From positions 1-64,000 of the forward strand of contig JAVJWO010000069.1 in assembly GCA_040222015.1 (NCBI GenBank): a stretch of DNA of 64,000 nt, written 5' to 3'. Shown here piece after piece: positions 21,578 through 29,338 of this stretch (position 1 is the first letter of the stretch; every line of letters starts with the position of its first letter). This DNA comes from Coleofasciculus chthonoplastes F2-STO-03. GTDB lineage: Bacteria; Cyanobacteriota; Cyanobacteriia; Cyanobacteriales; Coleofasciculaceae. The position numbers and the translations under genes are program-made. The notes beneath the pieces are model-generated. The model was not told the origin of the DNA. It did no database searches and was given only the letters and a program-made list of their open reading frames with translations.

Positions 21578-22180
21578 ATGACTACAGTAACAACTCCAGT
21601 AGAAAATTCTCCGTTGGTGTTGCACCTGCATCCAGTTATTAATCTGACCGATGAGCAGTTTTTTGAGTTCTGTCAAATTAATCGCGACTTGCGAATTGAA
21701 CGCACGGCGACAGGAGAATTACTAATTATGCCTCCCACGGGTTCGGAAACAGGTGGACGAAATTTTAGGCTGAATGGACAATTGTACAATTGGACGGAAC
21801 AGAATGGGACTGGTGTTGGCTTTGACTCCAGCACTGGCTTTACACTTCCCAATGGTGCAAAGGTTTCCCCTGATGCGGCTTGGGTAAAATTAGAACGGTG
21901 GAAGACTTTAACCCCTGAACAGCAGCAAACCTTTGCTCCCATCTGTCCTGATTTTGTGGTGGAATTGCGATCAGTTTCTGATAATTTGATATTGCTCAAA
22001 ACCAAGATGCAGGAGTACATTGATAATGGTGCGTTGTTAGGTTGGCTGATTGACCGCAAAAAACGACAGGTTTATATTTATCGCTCAGGAGTAGCGGTAG
22101 AATGTTTGGATAATCCGGCAACTGTAAGTGGTGAGTCGGTATTACCCGGATTTGTGCTGGATTTAAGCAAAATCTGGTGA
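21578..22180 (+). CDS. Uma2-family endonuclease-like protein, copy 1
   Basis: FDSSTGF.LPNGA..SPDAAW, CPDFVVELRS. Confidence 0.9.
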   Translation: MTTVTTPVENSPLVLHLHPVINLTDEQFFEFCQINRDLRIERTATGELLIMPPTGSETGGRNFRLNGQLYNWTEQNGTGVGFDSSTGFTLPNGAKVSPDAAWVKLERWKTLTPEQQQTFAPICPDFVVELRSVSDNLILLKTKMQEYIDNGALLGWLIDRKKRQVYIYRSGVAVECLDNPATVSGESVLPGFVLDLSKIW

Positions 22181-22235
22181 GGGTAGCTAGGGAGGGTGCT
22201 GTACTATTTCACAACAGCCACCAAGGATTTGTGCC

Positions 22236-22844
22236 ATGACAATGACTGAAGCAACGACTCAAGTAGAAAATTCTCCGTTGGTGTTGCACCTGCATCCAGT
22301 TATTAATCTTACCGATGAGCAGTTTTTTGAGTTCTGCCAAATTAATCGCGACTTACGCATTGAACGCACGGCTACGGGAGAATTGCTAATTATGTCCCCC
22401 ACCGGATCAGACACAGGAAATCGCAATGCTAAGTTGATTGTACAGTTGGGAGTTTGGGCAGAGCGTGACGGAACGGGGATTTATTTCGATTCGAGTACAG
22501 GCTTTACGCTTCCCAATGGTGCAAAGGTTTCCCCTGATGCGGCTTGGGTGAAATTGGAACGGTGGAACGCCCTGACTCCTGAACAACAGAACACGTTTGC
22601 TCCCATCTGTCCTGATTTTGTGGTGGAACTGCGATCAGTTTCTGATAATTTGGCACCGCTCAAAACTAAGATGCAGGAGTACATTGATAATGGTGCGCTG
22701 TTAGGTTGGCTGATTGACCGCAAAAAGCGACGGGTTTATATCTATCGCTCAGGAGTAGCGGTGGAATGTCTAGATAATCCAGCTACGATTAGCGGTGAGT
22801 CGGTATTACCCGGATTTGTGCTGGATTTAAGCAAAATCTGGTGA
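22236..22844 (+). CDS. Uma2-family endonuclease-like protein, copy 2
   Basis: Near-identical to copy 1 except one central segment. Confidence 0.9.
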   Translation: MTMTEATTQVENSPLVLHLHPVINLTDEQFFEFCQINRDLRIERTATGELLIMSPTGSDTGNRNAKLIVQLGVWAERDGTGIYFDSSTGFTLPNGAKVSPDAAWVKLERWNALTPEQQNTFAPICPDFVVELRSVSDNLAPLKTKMQEYIDNGALLGWLIDRKKRRVYIYRSGVAVECLDNPATISGESVLPGFVLDLSKIW

Positions 22845-22862
22845 ATTTCCAGGGTGCGATCG

Positions 22863-23089
22863 TAGAAGCAAGGATTTCCACATTATAGCAACCGCCATAG
22901 CCCATAGCGGTTAGGACACATTATTTATGTAGAGACCAAACATGGACGGTCTCTACAATGGTGACGAAAGTCCTAATCGATGTGTCTACTGCTATAATTG
23001 CTGTCCTCAGTTATAACAACCCAGGTGCAGCCGTCGCCACCATAGATAGATTAGTGCAATTAGGAGACATGGCGGTAGAACTATTGCTC
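22863..23089 (+). pseudogene. Duplicated cpcF fragment interrupted by a MITE
   Basis: Matches cpcF 15357-15472 (CAGTTATAACAACCC.GGTGCAGCCGTCGC...TTAGTGCAATTAGGAGACAT). Confidence 0.85.
22884..22996. mobile_element. MITE with TATAGCA...TGCTATA ends and an internal GTAGAGAC hairpin
   Basis: Inserted at a TA that is single in cpcF (CACATTAATTG) and duplicated here; other copies at 30545-30617 and 46542-46625. Confidence 0.85.
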
Positions 23090-23292
23090 TTTGGAGCAAC
23101 TGCAACCGGAGATGGCAGAAGCTGGGTAGGCAATCGGTTCTTAGCACCACTCGCTGTCTTCCCGTCCTTGGTTCCAACCCAAGGAACCAAAAGCTCAAGT
23201 CAGCTAATTTTCCATGGGAGGAGTATGAGTCTTGGCAAATCGACAGTAACTAGGTTACAACTGATTAAGACATCTACCAACAACAGGACTGT

Positions 23293-23709
23293 ATGGAACC
23301 CACTTCACTGACAGCTACTGCAATTGCTACTCTAGCTTTTACAAAGTTTTTTGAAACTTCTGTTGAGAAATTTACAGAAGCAACCCTTAGTAAAATAGAT
23401 CATTTACGCCAGAAGCTCTGGGACAAGTTTCGGGGAAACGTTAAAGCTGAAACTGCTCTTAATGCAGCAGAGAACGGTTCAAAACCAGATTTAGACCGGG
23501 TTGTTGCAGAATTGCAGATAGCTCTTGATGACGATGAAGCTTTTGCCAAAGAAGTTCAAACGCTTGCCCAAGAGATTATTCGTATTGGTGAAGTTCAAAG
23601 TGAAAATGTTTGGCATGTTTCAGGGGGAGAAGTCAATTACTCTAAAGATAATAAAGCACCAGTGATTCAAGGTGGCAGTGGTCATAGTATCACATTTACT
23701 ACTATTTGA
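23293..23709 (+). CDS. Small helical protein (Bell-domain-like) with a G/N/V-rich C-terminal tail
   Basis: MEPTSLTATAIATLAF N-terminal helix, DDEAFAKEV..LA, tail VSGGEVNYSKDNKAPVIQGGSGHSITF. Confidence 0.65.
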   Translation: MEPTSLTATAIATLAFTKFFETSVEKFTEATLSKIDHLRQKLWDKFRGNVKAETALNAAENGSKPDLDRVVAELQIALDDDEAFAKEVQTLAQEIIRIGEVQSENVWHVSGGEVNYSKDNKAPVIQGGSGHSITFTTI

Positions 23710-24123
23710 CTGCAGCCATCCAACCAAGGGGCGAAGTTCAAACCAAATCTAGATAGCTTTGGCGGTCTCATTGAGTGGATTAAAGTAAAATCTAATAACC
23801 TAGGCTTACAGGAACTAAATTCTCCTCTGAGAAATCGGCTTTTAAAAGCTGTAGATAATGTTCGGAAAGAAAAGTTAGATTTTGAAGATTCTGAAATCGA
23901 TCTTCTTGAATTAGTTGTTCATTACAGTTTTTACTGTCTTGAAGAACGTTACTCACCTAAGTTTGGTAGAATACAAAAGAAAGACTACTATTATCGAGTG
24001 CAACAGTTACTTGATGCAAAAAAAACTATAAGATCTACCGAGATACTTTTGAGTTCGCTTATTAACGAATCAAAAATGTCTAAATTAGTAAAAAAAATAG
24101 AATGTATTAATGAGCTTAAATGA
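23710..24123 (+). other. 137-codon open frame, in frame after the TGA of the previous ORF, with no early start codon
   Basis: Hand translation LQPSNQGAKFKPNLDSFGGLIEWIK...INELK* has no stop in AT-rich DNA; its end overlaps the next ATG. Confidence 0.6.
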
Positions 24124-25714
24124 ATTCAAGGGACAGCGCAGTCCAACTATAATTAGAGAATATTTTGAGTTGCTTAGATGGAAAAATAAAGGGTGTCCAT
24201 TAGAGTTATCTCATGAACGTATAGAATCTGATGAAATATTATTGTCAATTAAACAAGGACAAAAATCTCATGAAACCTTAATAAGCTATACTATTAATTC
24301 AATAAAATCTGTCAGAACTGAAATATTATCAGATCAAGAACAGATAGAATCAGTTGAAAAAGAAATTTATTCTTTAATTAAATCAATTTTTTCCTTAAGA
24401 GAATCCTTATTGTCGTTATCATCAAAAAGATATACTGAAGAAAAGTTTTCATCAGGAGATTACTCAAAAATACCTGATCTATCTTTGCGAAAAATCCTTA
24501 TTTATTTGCTAAAGCAGGTTTTAGCAGATATAAAACAAGCTTTCTTATATATAATTAACTACTATCTAGAAAAACCTATTATAACAGCTATAACATTAAT
24601 ATTGGTTATTCCCATTTCGTTATTTTTGAGTTGGAAATTTAATAGCTTTTCAACTATTAGTTTACTGGTTATTGCATTGGTATATTTTTTGAAAAAAATA
24701 AATTATATTCATAAAAGGCATCAGCGAACCGGGAAAGAACATTTGGCTAAAGTTGAAATAGATCGGCAACAAAAATTAAAACAAGAGTTTGAGAATCGTA
24801 TTCAGGAAGAACGAAAGAAAATAGAGACATCTTTACAAGAGTTTGAGGTACGCTTACAAGAACGTAGAATAGATTCTCAAATACTTAGAGAACGTAAACA
24901 AACACTTGAAGCGTACTTGTTACAGAAGGAACAAAAACTTACTGAACTTGAACAAGTACGTCAACAAAAGTTGGATGAATATCAACAAAAAATTGATGAA
25001 TTAGTCGGGCAAGAGAAAAGCCGTAGAAATGAGTACCTATTCAATCTAGAAAAACAAGTTCAAAAATGGCTGGATCACGATATAGAACGCCTTACTGATA
25101 AAGGCATGAAAAAATTAAAGATAATTAGCGATGGTAACTATGATCAAGTTAATGTTTTACAAAATGAACCAATTAGGGTAGTTATTGGTATTACCGAAAA
25201 AACTAAAAGCTTTGAAAATATTCTTGTTGATAGTGATGTTAACCTTTTCATGGAATCTTCTGAAAGTAAAGAAATATATATAGATCAAAATGATTTTGAA
25301 AGTGAAAAAAGTTTTGATGAAAAGAGTAAAAAATACGGAGTATATGGGTTTGTAGTTATATTCCTATGTGCGAATTTTTTTAGTTATTATAAATGTTATT
25401 ATAATTTTATAAGAGGCAGATCTGTAGATGAAGAAATTGCTGAATATATGTATGATAGTATTGTTTCTATAAAAATCCAAGAAAAATCTTCTGTAAGATT
25501 AAAAAATGAACAGCAAAAGAATGTATATAGGAAACGATTATTGATCACAACAAATGACGGAAAAGTTGTATGCTTTAATTTATCAAGAAATAGGGGAGAA
25601 AAAAATTATTCTATACGTTTTTATCAGATCGAAGAAGCAGCCATAGCTATTCGAGATATGTTAAGGCAAAGACGCATAGATAAAACATTGACTGAAGATT
25701 TAGATCTAACCTAG
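24110..25714 (+). CDS. Hypothetical membrane/coiled-coil protein
   Basis: Two hydrophobic helices, long E/Q/K coiled coil, globular C-domain; very AT-rich. Confidence 0.75.
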   Translation: MSLNEFKGQRSPTIIREYFELLRWKNKGCPLELSHERIESDEILLSIKQGQKSHETLISYTINSIKSVRTEILSDQEQIESVEKEIYSLIKSIFSLRESLLSLSSKRYTEEKFSSGDYSKIPDLSLRKILIYLLKQVLADIKQAFLYIINYYLEKPIITAITLILVIPISLFLSWKFNSFSTISLLVIALVYFLKKINYIHKRHQRTGKEHLAKVEIDRQQKLKQEFENRIQEERKKIETSLQEFEVRLQERRIDSQILRERKQTLEAYLLQKEQKLTELEQVRQQKLDEYQQKIDELVGQEKSRRNEYLFNLEKQVQKWLDHDIERLTDKGMKKLKIISDGNYDQVNVLQNEPIRVVIGITEKTKSFENILVDSDVNLFMESSESKEIYIDQNDFESEKSFDEKSKKYGVYGFVVIFLCANFFSYYKCYYNFIRGRSVDEEIAEYMYDSIVSIKIQEKSSVRLKNEQQKNVYRKRLLITTNDGKVVCFNLSRNRGEKNYSIRFYQIEEAAIAIRDMLRQRRIDKTLTEDLDLT

Positions 25715-25750
25715 GAATGGAAATTAAATAATATTCAGTCTTGGGTATCA

Positions 25751-25872
25751 CTATCGTCCAGGAGTAGCGGTGGAATGTTTAGATAATCCCGCAACAGTAA
25801 GTGGCGATCCGGTATTATCCGGATTTGTGTTGGATTTAAGCAAAATCTGGTGAATTTCCAGGGTGCGATCGC
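25751..25872 (+). repeat. Direct repeat of the Uma2 3' end plus downstream HIP1 site
   Basis: Matches 22742-22862 (..GATTTAAGCAAAATCTGGTGAATTTCCAGGGTGCGATCG). Confidence 0.9.
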
Positions 25873-25883
25873 GAACAGATTTC

Positions 25884-26231
25884 TCAAGTTCTCAATTTTA
25901 AAACTGACAATCTTTGTTGAAAGATAGTATCGAGTCGAGAAAACGCTGCTTCTGTATATCGATAAGCTTCCTGAAGAATGCTTTGCCAAAGGGAATTAAG
26001 AGCTTGCAAGTTTGGGCAAAAGCGTATCAAAGTACTACAAGCAGCAATCCATTGTTCGAGTTGGCGGTAACTAATAAAATAACCACCGAGTCCCTGGATA
26101 TGCACCCAGAGGACGTTATACCATTTTTGCCAATTCAGGATACGCTCTGGCTTGATTTTCAAGTATTTAGCAATTTGGCGGAGAGTAATGACAAAAGTTT
26201 TGGGGTTGATGCGATGACGTAGCGGTTGCAT
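25884..26231 (-). CDS. Hypothetical protein (cyanobacterial)
   Basis: 115-aa ATG ORF, W..VLWVHI.G.GG.FISYR. Confidence 0.65.
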   Translation of the reverse strand: MQPLRHRINPKTFVITLRQIAKYLKIKPERILNWQKWYNVLWVHIQGLGGYFISYRQLEQWIAACSTLIRFCPNLQALNSLWQSILQEAYRYTEAAFSRLDTIFQQRLSVLKLRT

Positions 26232-26359
26232 AGTTATTAAAGATTTTTCAGGTTTGCTGTGTAAGAATCCTTAGCCAAAATTCCTGGCTTCCCCCCAAAA
26301 TGGGGGGACTTAAACGAGTTTCTCAGGGGTTTAACTCACCTGAGAAAGCCAGAATCACC

Positions 26360-26572
26360 TTAGACATCAGACTTGTTAACCAGAATTTTCTCAACCACAG
26401 GATCGAAGATTAGCTCGAATACTGCTGCTGGAATGAAACGCCGCAACAGCCTGAGAGAGTCATCCGCGTCTTGACGATTGTAGTAACGGGCGACAACGCA
26501 ACGCTGAAACTTGGGCAAAATCCGAACAACCGCCCAAGGGCAATCCTGTAGATGGCTTGAACGTTCTATCAT
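26360..26572 (-). CDS. Small hypothetical protein (70 aa)
   Basis: CPWAVVRILP..QR.VVARY.NRQDAD..LR.LRR.IP...FELIFD; RBS AAGGAG upstream of ATG at 26572. Confidence 0.7.
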   Translation of the reverse strand: MIERSSHLQDCPWAVVRILPKFQRCVVARYYNRQDADDSLRLLRRFIPAAVFELIFDPVVEKILVNKSDV

Positions 26573-26733
26573 GGTTGAAGGTCTCCTTTTCAATACGGAA
26601 TGGAACCCAAAAGGCAGCGACGATCTGTAGGAGGTGAAGCGCTGCCTTTTATCTTGCAAGCCCTGCATTCAGGGGAATCGGGCTTTGTATCAGGGTCGAA
26701 ACCCTGAGCAGTATAGTTATCATATATGCTAAT
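26573..26733 (-). promoter_or_regulatory. Structured 5' leader/ncRNA with three hairpins, -10 box and operator-like palindrome
   Basis: TATACT (26710-15); TCAGGGT-TTCG-ACCCTGA; AAGCCC..GGGCTT; AAAAGGCAGCG..CGCTGCCTTTT with CACCTCCT in the loop. Confidence 0.6.
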
Positions 26734-26803
26734 CATTTATCTGTAAAGTGTTATTATTAAAGTAAACAAATCTAACTTACGCTTTTTTGACGTAATCAAA
26801 CCT

Positions 26804-28210
26804 ATGGGACAGGCAGGCAAAGCACTTCGACACGTACTAGAAACATACGGCATCAGTCAAAGCAGTCTGGCAAGTGCATTGGGAGTTGACCGCCCTGTGG
26901 TATTTCGCTGGTTCCATGAACAAACCGATCCGACTGCTGAGACTGTCGCCAGTATTGTCAGAGTGCTTCGAGAACTCAATCCAACCGCCGCCAAGGACTT
27001 TATCCAGTTTTATCTAGTTGACCCAACTCAGGCTGGAGAAATGGATCTAATGGCTACTCCCATCCAGGAATTGCCCAAATCTGACACAGTAGATGTGTCG
27101 GCACTCTCTAGGCTATTAAAAAAAAAGACAAATTCCTATAAATATCTTTTTTTAATTTCAATTTTGGATATTGTACAAAGGCGACAGTTTGATGTTTTAT
27201 CACCAATTAGTTTCCCAGAAATCATCATTGAAATGCTGGCGAATGCTTGGTATCCACATACTTATTTCAAGCTATCTTTTGGTTTACAAGATAAAATATC
27301 GGATAAATTAGACTCTCTTTGTATTGACATTTCGGATACAAAAATAATTTTTAACGATACAGACAAAAAATACTTGCGGAGAATAATTAGCGCTCAACCC
27401 ATAGAATATATTGTTTCAAGTCTGAAACGATATGTACCATTTCTCTTGATCCGACCATTTTTTGAACAAGAAATAAAAGCAAGCAAGGCGGGTAGAAAAA
27501 AGCGAACGAATCCGGGTGATGACGAACAAGAAATTGTCAACCTAGCCGCTGCACTATTTGATAGTAAAAAACCGTTATACCGCTTTGATACGAGTCTCTA
27601 TAAGGATTGCAGTTCGATCACGTTACATCCAGCATGGGTATCATACCTAGAAAATAACTATTTAATCGTTCGGGCTTGGGCATCTTGGGAATGGCTCAAG
27701 TATATGCAGCAACGTAACCCTAATGTGCCTGCTATTGCGAACAAGCTATTCCCACCTCAAGAAAGAGGTTCTCTGAATCATCAAAAAGCTTACTGGAAAT
27801 TGATTTTAAAACAAACTAATCTACAGTGCATTTACTCCAAGCGAACTCTGCCTTCTTCCGGTTTTTCCCTGGATCATTATTTGCCTTGGTCATTTGTCGC
27901 TCACGATCAGCCTTGGAACTTAATCCCAACGTTTCCAGAGGTGAATTCATCAAAATCCAATTATCTCCCTAATGAGGAATACTTTGATGAATTTGTGAAT
28001 CTACAGCATTTAGGGCTTTCTATAGCAAATAAAAGCCTGGGACAAACCCAATGGAGTAACTATATTGAACCTTACCTAACTGACTTAAAAATTGGGGATA
28101 AAAATAATATTCTGGATTTACATATTCTTAAAGCTGCTTATGAATCTACTCTTAGTCCTTTACTGTCTATAGCTACAAGGCAAGGGTTTGCTAGATGGTC
28201 TTACAGATAA
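26804..28210 (+). CDS. XRE-HTH fused to an HNH endonuclease
   Basis: N-terminal ISQSSLASALGVDRPVVFRW HTH; C-terminal CIYS...DHYLPWS...WNLIP...VNSSKSN. Confidence 0.85.
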   Translation: MGQAGKALRHVLETYGISQSSLASALGVDRPVVFRWFHEQTDPTAETVASIVRVLRELNPTAAKDFIQFYLVDPTQAGEMDLMATPIQELPKSDTVDVSALSRLLKKKTNSYKYLFLISILDIVQRRQFDVLSPISFPEIIIEMLANAWYPHTYFKLSFGLQDKISDKLDSLCIDISDTKIIFNDTDKKYLRRIISAQPIEYIVSSLKRYVPFLLIRPFFEQEIKASKAGRKKRTNPGDDEQEIVNLAAALFDSKKPLYRFDTSLYKDCSSITLHPAWVSYLENNYLIVRAWASWEWLKYMQQRNPNVPAIANKLFPPQERGSLNHQKAYWKLILKQTNLQCIYSKRTLPSSGFSLDHYLPWSFVAHDQPWNLIPTFPEVNSSKSNYLPNEEYFDEFVNLQHLGLSIANKSLGQTQWSNYIEPYLTDLKIGDKNNILDLHILKAAYESTLSPLLSIATRQGFARWSYR

Positions 28211-28303
28211 TCATGTCTAAGCAATAAAAAAAGCCGATGAAACTGAAGGAGGAATCTTAAATGAATAACTTTAAACTGGAGTTTAGACTACGATGGTGAT
28301 AAG

Positions 28304-28379
28304 AGGACACGGCAATGCCGTGTCCCTACCACAGCTTAGGGATAATTGATTGGGTAGGGGCACGATATTATCGTGCCCT
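28304..28379. repeat. Pair of REP-like palindromes
   Basis: GGACACGGCAATGCCGTGTCCCTAC and GTAGGGGCACGATATTATCGTGCCCT. Confidence 0.75.
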
Positions 28380-28427
28380 GATCTAGTTTCCTCCCAGGTT
28401 CCCAGGCATCATTTATCATGGGTTAGT

Positions 28428-28961
28428 CTAAACACCAGCAAAATTACGGATATTTTTCAGCACAAAGCCGCTATCTTCTTTAACTAAATCTCCTGTACAG
28501 ACAATAGGCAGCCGTTCTTGATAGGCTTTTATAGCAAGAATGTACTCATGGTTAAACAACTCCATCTGAATTTCCCGAAGTTGATCACATACTACACCCA
28601 AAATCACAATCGTTCCGCTTAATTGGTCAGCATTAGGAGCATGAATTTGCCTAACGAATCCCGGAATATTTATATTATGGGCTTTAGTAATAAGTTCGCT
28701 AATAATCTCAAGTTGAGAACGATTTTCTATTGTTTCCAGTGTTTCCAAAATAACACTCATAGAAACTGGAAAACCCGGTATGTCCTGATTCAGGGGTAAC
28801 AGAATAGTTACCGACTCTCCTGACTTATTTGCTTGCATCCAAATTGAGGCTTTATCCTGCAAATGGTTCTGTTTATGCCAACCGTGATTTTGCAAGTAGT
28901 TGGCTACTTGTTGAGGTTGGATTGATTGCAGAATATTGATATCCTTTACAGTAACATTCAT
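28428..28961 (-). CDS. Hypothetical protein coupled to the DUF4365 gene
   Basis: VANYLQNHGW N-domain and OB-like C-terminus (Y.LAIKAY....I.C.G.L); ATG overlaps the upstream stop. Confidence 0.7.
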   Translation of the reverse strand: MNVTVKDINILQSIQPQQVANYLQNHGWHKQNHLQDKASIWMQANKSGESVTILLPLNQDIPGFPVSMSVILETLETIENRSQLEIISELITKAHNINIPGFVRQIHAPNADQLSGTIVILGVVCDQLREIQMELFNHEYILAIKAYQERLPIVCTGDLVKEDSGFVLKNIRNFAGV

Positions 28962-29299
28962 AGAGCTTCTCCTCTGGCGATACATTGCATAAGACTTGTT
29001 AGGGAATTCACCGTAAATCTATTTACTCTAGGAATAGATACAGTTACAGTTTCCTGATTCTCTGTCGATGTTTCTCCAGCTAGGGATATCCAGTAACCAC
29101 AACGTTTAAGACAGAGTTCCTCTTCTGATTGATATAACCAGTCATTAATGTTATCAGGTACTACAACAACCACGAGGATTAGAGGTGGATATTGCTGGGG
29201 AACTCTCAGTTCTTCATAATTCTTAACTTTGAGTGGATACTTCAGATAATTCTTATCTAGAATTGCTCTTGAAGTACATTTGAGTTTGTTAATATTCAC
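28958..29299 (-). pseudogene. DUF4365-like protein, N-terminally truncated
   Basis: KLKCTS..YPLKVKNY..LR, P.ILVVV.VP, L..CGYWISL; the N-terminal catalytic half is absent. Confidence 0.6.
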
Positions 29300-29338
29300 C
29301 CTGATTAAACCTTCTACCCAGTTATCGCAAATTAAATC

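Noticed and set aside
22958..23311. 117-aa ORF
   Set aside because: Chimera of MITE sequence and the cpcF fragment.
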